DNA from: Phoronis australis
Taxonomy: Eukaryota > Animalia > Phoronida
DNA length: 64,000 nucleotides
Direction of reading: 5' to 3'
Assembly: GCA_002633005.1 (NCBI GenBank)
Contig: NMRA01000077.1
Location: 310,001-374,000, forward strand
Part shown: positions 30,601 to 42,600 of the stretch, in pieces
How positions within the stretch are numbered: the stretch's first letter is position 1
How the letters are laid out: each line of letters opens with the position of its first letter
Translations under genes and position numbers: made by a program
Notes under the pieces: model-generated
What the model saw: only the letters and a program-made list of their open reading frames with translations
Told to the model about the DNA's origin: nothing
Databases searched by the model: none

Positions 30601-33600
30601 TTGGCAAAGTTCTCCTGTAACGGAGATTCGATTTAAATGCATTGGCGCCATTGACGAATAGCCATTTTAGTAAATTGGTTTTGGATATTTATCATGTGCA
30701 TTACCGTTGGTTGGAAAATTTAAAAAAGAGAATAATCTCTGGTAAGTGTTTATAAGAGCATTTCTCGAAACGTCCAGAATTGAGAGTTGAGACACCTTAA
30801 CCACTGGTACTAGCTCAGCTGTAGACAGTATAGCTGGCCCCGTCTCCAGTAGAGACGGTGAACTTAAAGCTTAGTCACGTTGTTACAAGTACCTTCTTAA
30901 TTTGTTGCACTTCGGAAGAAGAAGACCTTTTGCGCATTTGTATAGAGGTCAACAAAAGGTCAGGCAGTCAATGTCTTTAATTCCTTCCAACTCCAACAAA
31001 TACTCTAGTACACTTTTTCTTTGAGCTGTTTGTTTACTTGTCCTAATCTGCAACTGGCCATTTTTACACTGCGCGCACTCCTATTGTTACTGTGCCCGCC
31101 AAGAGTGCATGCTATATGTTAGAAATGGCCAGTTGCTGATTTAGGCAACTGAACGAAAGATTGCACTTAGTCTAAAAAAAGTTTGATTATGAGAGTATTT
31201 CAGTGTTCAAGTTAGAAGGACAACAGCCTCCTAGGCGTCCTTCTATTCACAAAAGGTACTTATAGCAAAATGACTTTCCGATTTTCAACTCGTGTTTATA
31301 GAAGTTTCCTGACATGGTGTTCTAGTGAGCTAGCCAGCCAAAGTGAGTTTTAGTTTTGTGAGGGTTTAAGATAGGTTCATAGCCACCATAAATTGAAGTT
31401 TGACACAGTTGTCAACTATTACTGTCTGTTACTAGCTATCACTAACTATATCTAACTATTAATAACTGTTTAATTACCATTACAGCAATCTGTGAACCTG
31501 TATGTAAAAATGGCGGTGAATGCGTTGCACCTAGCATCTGTAAGTGCAAGGAACCATTTATTGGTGATTATTGTGCCGACAATTCATCAGGTAAGATGAT
31601 ACACATTGTTGCTATCAGTTCCAAAGTCAGTTTCAAATTATTCATTTATTGTTGTAATAGCAGTCATCAGAAGTAAGAGCAAGTGAGATTTAATTTCGAA
31701 ATTCTCAAAACATAATCAAACAAAGGGATGTTCTCAACACCACCCTTGTAGAAAATATTCAGAGATGTGCAATAGGCACTGACTTGAAGCACTACCTGTT
31801 GACAGCTCTGAAAACTTATATGCATTTGCCCACCTACAGCAACTTTGTGCTAATTTCAATTTTGTGTTTGTATTCCTTGGTGTAAGGCTGAACTCATTGT
31901 GTTTGTACCAGAGTCCCAATTTATATCCTTTTTGTACAGTTTCAAAAGGTACTTTGGGATAATCTGTTTCATACAGTTATAATGAATGTTTTGAAATTAC
32001 TTTGCAATGATCACACAAATCGAGTGGTGAAGTAAGGCAAGTTAACTGGTTCTTGTTTTGTATACTTGCACTGCCTCTAGAGACCAATGACGAACCTATT
32101 CTCAAGAATACTTGCACTGGTTGAAGTGACCTTCTGAGGTTCTAGTTTTGGCTTTAACAATTGACTTCATTCTTATTGGATTTTGTAACTCTGAATTTGG
32201 TTTAATTTTGACATGGTGATGTATAATATTGGATCTTGATACATAAATAATACATGACCTGCCAATTGCCCAATTTCAGAGTTATTTCATAGTATTCATA
32301 TTTCATTTTAAAAATTACATGTAAAAAGTTGTTTTTATTCAGTTTTATCTAGGCCGACTTATATGGCGAAGCACACATTACCATATTTCTGGAAAGTGCT
32401 TCTGACCATAATATGTGGGTACACAATTACTCTAGAAACTCTGCTGCTCAATCTGGAAAGTAATCAAACTAGAAAGATTTGATCCTGATGGACGTCATCG
32501 TTCATCCATGTGGAATAAGTGATTATGGGAAAATTATAAACCAACTTTTCTTTAAACCTTCTTGAACGTTTTCCCGATGGTGTGGATCCAACTAGATCCA
32601 TTTGTTTGGGACTACCACTATAAACCAGGGAGTCCAAAATTGTCAGAGAAACATTCAAGTAAGTTTCTGGAAAGTAGACTGATAAGACGTTACATATTTC
32701 TCAAATGAAAGCTACGGAAATTTTTACAGCTATTTTATTGTATTGAAAAAGATCATAACTGAACTTTGTTGCTATTGATGATTATGAAAACTTTTGTTCA
32801 TTATTTTCATGTTACTCCAGCTATCACAGAGGAGGCCATGTTTTGCTACCTGTCACCTAGGTGCAACGGTGAGAAGCCAACAGGTCTTAATGGCGTCGTG
32901 TCTAAGACCGAGTGCTGTCAGGCAGGAGGAAAAACCTGGGGTGCCCCTGGACTGGACTGTCACTCTTGTAAAGAGCAGACATCTGTTTCAGGTCAGACAT
33001 ACTTATTAGCTTTGTCTTGGCTGTGTTTAATGAGGCGAGTGTCTTACGAGTTCATCTGAGCTGATATTAGTGTAACACCAGTTCACTTGCCCATTTTAGA
33101 AGAAATAGTTACTATGGGAAGCAATTGGCAGGCAGTGTTGGAATATTGAATTGTAATAAAAATGATAGACAACAGCCTGAAGAATATTCAGTATTTTCTG
33201 TTGCATAATTCATGATTTCTTTGCAAATGTCTTGTTTTGGTGACCACATCACACTAATAAGAAATGTTTGAACTATAGCATTTGTGAACTGGGAAGGACT
33301 TTTTGAGTCAATGAAACACATAAACTAGCTTACGGTTATGTAGGACCCTAGGAAAATGTTCAGTTTTAGCCAACTTTGGAACATCATATCACAAAAGTGG
33401 CTGAAGAGATTCACGTGAAAGTTTCACGTGTTAGTCTTTGTGAATTGTTCTCTAGAATGCTTTAGGAATTGTTTTTAGAATGTTCCATTTTTTCATGAGG
33501 GTCTATAAAAGTAGGATGGATATGATTTTTGTAGAAAAATAAAGTAGCACAAAACGAAAATGAAGCAATAAGTTAGAAACTGCAACAGATTTTATGTTGA

Positions 33601-36600
33601 ACATTTATACTACACAAAATTTACTCATGTAATTGATCTTGTTGTTTTGCTATGAATGTACTTTTTGTTTTCGCTAAATTTTACTAAAAACAACATGGTC
33701 GCGTGAGCTGATCATTGGCATATTGAAAACAATCAAATTCTATGGAATTTCTGGTTCAGAAAATATACACTTTTGTTGAGTTAAATTCCATAGGTTTGTA
33801 AATATTTTGTTAAATGTGCAGACTTTTCAATAAGGTCCAAGTAGGTTTAAGGGTGTGAGTAACTGGTAAAATATCAAAAATATTGCTGATTTCAGAAGTG
33901 ACTGTAAGATACTAGACATGCTATTGCGGGCAGTTGAAATATTTTTACGACTTGAACTTGCATCCATTGTCTCTAGTAATGTATTCTTGTCAGTGCTGTT
34001 ATTGGATCAATCCTTCACTTGCAGTGATCTCATCTGCTCTTAAGCTACCATTCAGAACGTGCAAATCCTACGGGACATCTCGCTACTGGACATTTGATGG
34101 ACTGGAGCTTGAGTTCCATGGCCAGTGTACATATCTCATGGCCGCACATGAGAGCTGGAAGGTCAAGGTCAAAATGATCAACTGCTACAGCTGTAAAAGA
34201 TGTGTCAAGGTAAACGTTCAAAATCTATGAGATTCTCTAGAACTTGTTTGGATTGAGAATCAACGCTGTAACGAGTTCGAATTTTTCCCTGAATTAGTTT
34301 TGGCTTACTTGTATCTTGTTTGAAAACCTTCTGGGAGTCATCTCTTCAACAAATTAAGCATTTCTGCCTTTTGGCAGCAGTTGAACGCATTGCTGATAAG
34401 GGTTTATGTACAAACCTTTCACAGGATGGATGGGCATTTGAACATATTCATGAATTTTGTAATTTCTCTCAAGTTTGAATTTTCTTTAGTTGAGAATACT
34501 GTTGTATGTGTCAGGTAAAGTATCTAAACTGTACAAATTTATTGAAAAGTCTCAAAACATTTTCAATCAAATTTTCATAATGATTTAATTCACTTTTGTG
34601 TTGTCATTTGTGTTATTATAAATCATACATGTAAAGAAGGCCATCAATTGTTTTGTATTGATATGTGCCGTCAAGTACCTTATGTTACGCTCATCTCCCA
34701 TATCTTTTTAATTTTGTTCAATCGTTTGTTAGTGTTTAAGTTTTGAACTATTTTAATTTTTGTAATAATCAGTGTTATTCTCATTAAATTTGCCTGCCCA
34801 CAGTTTCTGAGTGCCTGAGATTTGAACTCCAAGCTTGCACTCAATCTTGAGATATTTTTTCTTCTCAGACATGGTCTTTGTGTTCGAATTTCACTCCACA
34901 TTTCAAGTCAAAAAGTGAAGTTTGCATGTTTTAACTTAATTTCCGTAGGAAGTGTGTGTTTGAGCCCCTGTTTCAGTGGTTTTGTATTTCATGCATTCTG
35001 TCATTATATTCCAGCATGTTACTATTGACGTCAATGAACAAGTCATTGAGCTAGAGGATGGCAAAGTCTGGATAAATGGAGAGAAAGTAGAGCTGGAAAA
35101 TTCTGTGGAGAAAATGGTGACAAGTATGTGGCAGGGGGGGGGCTTATTACCTTTCTTACACTGTGTGGTTGTTATAGCAGATGTCTTTACCGTAATAAGT
35201 GTACTTATGACTTGGTGTTCATAAAAAGGGGTTTTGCTGTAATGGCAATGGTTACAGTTCATTTAACTGTTAAAATCTGTACCCTTGGCTTGTGCAGTAT
35301 GTCAGGGAAGCCAAGATGTCGAGACAGGAGTATCATTTTGGATGATGCCTATAAATAGTCTCCCTGCTCTTCTTCCTCTAACCTCAGGATTGTGATTGTT
35401 TCTTGACCCTGTGCCAATGCAAACTTCATATTTAGCATCTGAATATGTTTCTCATTTAGTTGTCAAAATCATTAAGAAGGATGAGACGCTGATGGTTAGT
35501 TTTGCTGGTGTTGGTGTCAAACTGGAAGGCAAATCGTCCGTGTCCGTGTCCGCTGACAACGAGTTGAGGGATACTCTCCACGGTCTATGTGGGAACTTCG
35601 ATGGAAATCCTAAAAGTATGTTCACTGAAAGGTGGTTTAGTGATATTGTCTATAGGCAAAGTTTACAATATTTTACCCTGTAGTGATTATCCTACTTCTG
35701 TAGTGATATTGTCTATAGGCAAAGTTTACAATATTTTACCCTGTAGTGATTATCCTACTTCTGTAGTGATATTGTCTATAGGCAAAGTTTACAATATTTT
35801 ACCCTGTAGTGATTATCCTACTACTGACACCACTTTTAACTTGATTTTTTCACTTCTCAAATATAAAACATATTGCAGTAGAAAACCTAACTTCCCAAGA
35901 GTTAATGCCTGTTTAGTTGGTTATTTTACTTCTTGCTGAAGATGAGATTTTGTTGGCAGTTCATTAAGTATGTAAGATTTATTGTTATTATTGTTTTTAG
36001 ACATTTTACATTAAGCAGGTAATTCAATTTGGCAGATATTTGTATCCTCAATGTTTTTTGATTTTGTACCGACAAAACAAAATTTTGTTAAATAAGTGAA
36101 GATTTACCAAAATATACCTATTTTGTAGCAACAAAAATAGATATCAAGGAAATTTTAGTGCATTGCTGGCTTGGTTTATTTCATGTAGATGTCATAAAAC
36201 AAGTTTCCAATACCTGCTACAAAGTAATCAGCCATTGAAAAAAAGAAAATTTGCAAATTGTTATATTATTGGTGCAAGATAAGTGTGGAATTACAATTTC
36301 ATTGTTATCCACTTTTGATTACTTAGTGTCTGCAGTTCCTGTCCTGAATGCGTTGTCATTACTATGTCTATTTCTGTTCCTCAGATGATCTCATGAAGCG
36401 CGGCAAGGCGCAGGCGTCTAGCGTAGCTGAGTTTGGTAACTCTTGGCAGGAGGATGACCCTGAGAAGACGTGTCCACAGGCTGCTGATCTCAAATGGACT
36501 TGTCGCGACCCAGTCAAGGAGAAACTGGCCACAGCAGCCTGCTCGGCCATACATCAGGACAGCTTCAAGACGTGTCACTCCAGGGTGAGTGTGGGAGTGT

Positions 36601-39600
36601 CTTGCTCAGGAACGATAATCCTGTGGCATGACGAGCAGGTTGGGCTGAAAAATTTGGCGTAGCAACAGTTCAGATATTTTTGCAGTACCTGTTCAGTGTT
36701 CTCACCAGGATTAAAGTTGATCACAGTGGGAACAATGAGCCAATGCCCAGTGTTCAACCAAGTCCTCATGGCCAGGTCACCCTATTCTGTGTTTTAGTTT
36801 AATTTAGTTTAGTTGTGAATAATTAGGAGAGACCTTGGTTTTACAGAAACGGAAGGAATTCACAGAATCTGACTTCTTCAACAGAATTAGAGATTTCGAA
36901 CAGACTTTACATATTTCATTAAAAGATACCATAATTCTATTATTTTGGTTGTCATTATCACAAATTAAGAACATAATCCATCAGATTCTACAATTCTGCT
37001 AAGAAATCCATTAACAATATGGTATTCATTTTTATTCTATTCATCACTTTAGAATAGCAAAACAGACTTTGCTAATTGTCTTTTGTTTGCTAAAGCGAAT
37101 TTCTCTTAGTTTTTGAAAGTGGAAAACCAAGATCTCTATTTTAGATCAACTTTAATCCTGGTGAGAACACTGACTAAGTATAATATTGCAAACAAATCTG
37201 GAATATTGCTAGGCATTAATTTTCCTGCAATAATTTCCATAAAAATGGAAATATTCAGACTGCAGTGGACACTTCACTGTTTACTCTCAAGTTTTGCTCA
37301 TTTTGTAAGAACTGAGATTTTGTTAACTTAACTTGAAAACTAGTGCACCTGACAACAGACTAATTGCTGTTAATGTATTATTTATGTTTAAGTTCTATAA
37401 TTATGTATATGCTCCATAAATCTGTCACCTGCAATATGTTTAAGCTCTATAACTATGTACATGCTTCATACATATGTTAACAGCTCCCTCCAAGCCACTG
37501 GTATATGGCCTGTAAGAATGACTATTGTAACGCTGGTGATGCAGAAGACCGAGATACTTCAAAGTGTTCTGTGCTGACTGACTATGCCAGACAGTGCTTT
37601 GATCAAGGCATAATGTTCAGTTGGAGATCAGAAAACTTGTGCCGTAAGTGTTCTACTATGCTCTAACTGTAAGCTCTTGCGACATCTTGTGAAATAATCT
37701 CCGAGAGTGACCTTGTGAGGTTAATACAGACACGACCTCTAGTTTTGTGCCTTGACGGTTATTGTAGCTAATGACTAGGTATACTGTAAAAACTACCACT
37801 TTTCTGTGTTTACATTGCTGCAAATGTTCAAAATTTAATGAATCATTCAAACCATGCTATCAATGAAGCTTATTTTTGTTGAGAGATTTTATGCATATTA
37901 ATCTCCTTATTGTGTCCGAATTTGAAGAATTTTTACCACAGTTGTTAGCTTAGAATATGAAAGGTGCACCTCTGGAAAAGGTAGCTGTGCTGTTTACTAT
38001 TTTTGATTCACTGTTATTGCAAAGCGAAGTCCACTTTCTCGTAAATCTGTCACATGTTGTAATTGACGTGCATCACTCATTACTGTCAACAAATTTATTT
38101 CAGCCAAGAAGTGTCCAGCTGGTCAGCACTATGATGACTGCCACCCTAGATGTGTCCAGACATGTAAAGTACCGTCAGACTACCAGGAAGAGTGTCGGGA
38201 CAAGCAGTGCATAGCTGGCTGTTTCTGCGAGCCAGGTCTGGTACAGAACAGTGTTGGTGACTGCGTGCCATTAGCACAGTGCCCTTGTACACACGGTGGC
38301 AAGGAGTACAGTGCTAACACCATCAAGGTCATAAAGGACGAGTACTGCAACAGGAAGTAGTAAGTGCTCATGCCATTTCTTTTCTTTTCATTTTCTGTAG
38401 TTTTCTGTGCTAGTAATATTTTGTATATAAAAGTTTGATTGTTCAGGTTCCTGTAATCCCTCCTCCCGAACCTCCTTTGTGCCTACCTTCTCCCCCCTCC
38501 CACTCTCCCTCCCTCTGTGCGTATATTCCTTCTTCCTTCCCTCTGTGCCTACATTCTCTCCTTCCCTCCATCCCTCCTTCCCCCCCTCCCTCCGTGTCTA
38601 CCTTCCCCCCTCCCTCTGTCTCTCCCTGTGTCCCTCCCTCTGTCCTTTCCTTTCTCCTACGTCCCTTCCTCCTGCGTCCCTCCCTACTCCGTCCCTCCCT
38701 CCTCTGTCGCTCTCTCCTCTGTGCCTACCTTCCCCCCTCTGGCCGCTTTCCCTCCCCATTCTCTCTCCCTCTCCCTTTCCTCTCTTCCTTTCCTCTCTCC
38801 CTCCATTTTCTCTCTCCTTCCCTTTCCTCCCCTCCCTTTTCCCTATCCCTCCCTATCCCCCTTTTTGCGTTGTCTGATCTCGTCACGAAACTGGACTCAA
38901 AAATTGGCATATTGCATGTCATGCTACTTTCAATTCTAGTAAACGTACAAATTTGTACTAGAATCTGGCAGTGTTATTGGTTAAATTTTGTGTCTGAGTC
39001 GAATCTGAGTTAGGAGATTAGACCCAGGTCCCAGGTTTCCCTTTAGATGCATTTCCACCCATTTTCCATATTAAATCCGACTGGAACATTAAAGAGATCC
39101 TTATTTCAGTGTCTGCAAGAATGCCAAGTGGGAGAGCATCAACTCCGAGCCGTGCCGTTTCTCAGCCAGTGTACGTGGCACCATGCAAGTGGTGACTTTC
39201 GACAAGAAGTTATACAGGATGTCTCCCAAAGTGTGCCCCTATACATTGATGAAGGTAAGCATCCTCAGCTAGCGACAATGGGGATACATTTGTTCAAACT
39301 ATTGGCAGGCACTGTTGATACATAGATCAGTTTCCAGTCTTATCTATTTACAAAAATAGGTTCTATAACTTTGGAAAAGGTTTCCAGTTTCTTTGTTTCT
39401 TGTGCTGACACTTATTGTAGATATTTTGACATATTATAATTGCTTAATTGTAACATTTTGTCTAAAGTTACAGCATACTTTTCTGTGTGATAATCTGTTG
39501 TGTGCCAATAAAGGTTTATCCCAGTCTGGTGAACTCCCTAGACAACCACACACTATTTGTCTACTCTATTCCATTTTTAGATGAGCAGCAATTAGTCACA

Positions 39601-42600
39601 AAGTGTTACAAAATGTTTGTAGCATGCAAAGGATTTTCCTGATAGTGTGCCGCTAGTGATAAGTAATTGTTTGGCTAAAGAAGGAGACTGAAATAAAAAT
39701 CACAATTTTTTCTCTTCATGCTGGAGTCACCATTATTTCATTTTATTAGCATCTCATTGGCTAAATCCTTTGATTGTCATTGCAGCCAGCTACTGCTGCT
39801 GCGGGGGACCCACGCTTCCAGATCAGTGCCGAAGTGATCCCTAAGAAGTGCAGTCAAGATGCGTCAAGTTACTGCGTTGACCAAGTCATCATTAAAATAC
39901 AAAAGGATATCATCGAAATCAAACTTGGTGATCTCACTGCCCAGGTCAATGGCAAAGCAGTGACCTCTAGCTTCGCCAACCAGAATTACAAAGTGACTCG
40001 ACCCTCTGACTCTACTCTGGCTGTGGCTAGTAGTAACGGACAACTAGACTACACATTTGTAGCATACAACTATGGCAAGTTCACAGTCATGCTCAGTGCC
40101 ATTTTCCACAGCAAGGTACTGTAAAATTTACAGCTTTTAATCCTGTTAAGTCTTGCGATTAGTTATAGTCATGCACATCTACTTTAAAAAGTGATTTTAC
40201 TGGGAATATGTTGAAGAGGTTTGCAGTACTGGTAGTTAGGTTTCATTACGTTTTTGGATTTTACTGTGGGCAAAGTGGAAAAAGCTGCTTCTAAGACTAG
40301 ATGCACAACCATAAACTTGTTTTTCTCAGTTGGGTTTTTGAGTTGACCTTATTGTCTCCATAAGGAGTTGTAAGTGCTGAGTATGTCACGTGTTCTGATA
40401 GTTAACAAGTTATGGTGTGTTCCAAATAGGTATTAAACTTTGTAAAATTTACTTTTTGGCGAATGTTTTTGTTTAACATGTAGTCTTGCTTGTCTCAAAT
40501 GCCACATGCATTGATTCTTGTGCTTTTCAACATGCTTGACTTGCATTTTGCATTTGTTCATTGCTAACGAGTGAAACTTAAAAGGAATCTGCTTGTCCTG
40601 TTTGTTGTAAACTTTGAGCTGATCAACAAAATCTATTTCTTTTGCAGCTGATTGGTCTGTTTGGTACACCCAATCACAACACTCAAGATGAATACAAGGT
40701 CGGTGACCTTGTGGTGACCAATCACGACGAGTTTGTGGAGGCATACAGAGACAAGTCCTGTAAGTCAGCTCTGGCTGTTGGAATTGGCTCTTGTGATGAC
40801 TCGGTGAGTAAATTTATATGTATGGTGTGGATATGTTGGGTCATTATGGCTTATATATTCAGGAGGCGCGTTTCATCAAGTTTGCCAATCTTTCATTGCG
40901 GTTGTAGCTCATAGATTTGGTGCTGTCACACAAATCCATGGTTGTGGTCAAGGCTGTACATCAAAGTAACCCAACAGAAATGCGCTTTCACATTAGAAAC
41001 ATGGGCCATTTCACTTAAAACAAGTACTGCTATCATCAACTAGCCCTTAATGGTCACTGATCTAAGTTCCTTTTGTATAGAGCAGAACAATTATCACATT
41101 AGTCATGTCATATAGCAACCCTTTCAGTCATGTGTGATAGATAATTTGTCCTGTGTATCAGCATTTGTGGTGCTACTTGAAAGACTGCTGGCAGGGAGGG
41201 GGTCTTAATTATAGACCAGATTGCTGCTTTTGAAAATTGCTCTCTCGTCTGGAGTAATCTTAAGGGGGATGTTTGTTATAAAAATATGACTAATTATGGC
41301 AAAAATTATGGCCAATTGACTCAAATCATTTTGACAAACTCCTAATTATAGAATAGAGTCTCTACCTAACTTTCTGTCTTTCCCCCATAATGAAGAGCTA
41401 CTCTGACAGTCAGGATGGGAAATTCAGCATCATTTGTTCACAATGCTCTTGTCATGTACTGTATGGTTGTGAATTCCACAAATGGCTTGCTTATTTAAGG
41501 AAATGTTGTTGTCACGTTTTTCCCCGTGTGTGGGTGGGCGCAGGTTGTTACAGACAGGTGCTAATAGCTTTTGGTGCGACGATTAACTGAAGACTGGTCC
41601 GAGTTAATCCTTTACTAATCTCGACCGTACGTTCACAAGCCTACTTAAACAAAACGTCCGACGTAATGTCTGTTTATGCTCCAGCCAGTGCTGCGAAGCC
41701 TTGACTTGTGATGAACTTCTGAGACACGTTCGGCAACTGTTACACTCGTCTATTCAATAACCTGCTGTCTCTATAGCTGGCTCTCTATTGACTATCGCTG
41801 TAACTGCTGATTCTCTTCACTGCAACTCAACTGTAATTCTCCTGATTAACTTTCTTGAACCGACTTGATCTTCTCTTGAACTGACTTGATCTGACTAACA
41901 CAAACCCGTGCTTGTGTATTTATAGCCTAATGCATTGTTCTGGAACTTTACATCAATTCAAGCACATTCTAGAATTTTCCTAAATCTACACAATCATTCT
42001 GCAAACATATACTAGTCTCTAGAATATTCCAGACTGTATTAATCACTGTCATGCTAGAGTCTTCTAGAAAGTTCCACACTATACTGCAGTAAACAAATTA
42101 CATCATCACTACTGAACTCAGTCTACGAGAAAGTTTCATACTATTCTGCAGTAAACAAATTACATCATCATTGTACTTAACTCAGCCTGCATATGTACTC
42201 TTTGGGCACCAATTTGATGCTTTGTAGAGATTATGAGGCATGAGCTCAGTTGAACCTAATATATTTATTATACTCTTTACTGAACTGTATGTCTCTCTTC
42301 TACATTTTGCATTTGAGAATGAGCTAATCGTCGCTTAACATATTTCAGCTCAAGGAGAAAACGTCTGCCAATTGTAAGAAGGTGATTGAAGTTTTTAAAG
42401 TTTGCCTGGACCAACACCAAGACCTGTCACGGTTTGTTGAGGAGTGCATGACTGATGCCTGCACCCAGCCTAGCAGTAACGCCATCTATTGTCAGACAAT
42501 TTACTCACTTGCAGAGGAATGCGCAAAAGCAGGCTCGCCAGTCAAGTGGAGACGCAGCTTTGAACGTTTTTGCCGTATGTGTTGCTCATTTTAAGAACAC

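Noticed and set aside
35638-35826. Regular repeats resembling a CRISPR array (also 56488-56612 and 58601-58784)
   Set aside because: Head-to-tail identical units with no unique spacers, no cas genes, and eukaryotic intron context; these are minisatellites.
38355-38365. Apparent premature TAG stops at exon ends (38358-38360 and 46822-46824)
   Set aside because: The G belongs to a GTAAGT donor; splicing yields TAT (Tyr) and the frame continues.
38435-39013. Long P/S/L-rich ORFs in all three + frames
   Set aside because: They arise from a stop-free C/T low-complexity tract inside an intron; the flanking exons join in frame without it.
39804-39815. GDPR resembling the GDPH autocleavage motif of mucins
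   Set aside because: Wrong residue and wrong position within VWD2; the canonical positions read GTSR, GTMQ and GDSN.
41580-41620. CTGAAGA in the LTR as a hammerhead/retrozyme core
   Set aside because: No downstream GAAA or supporting stems were found in any of the three copies.
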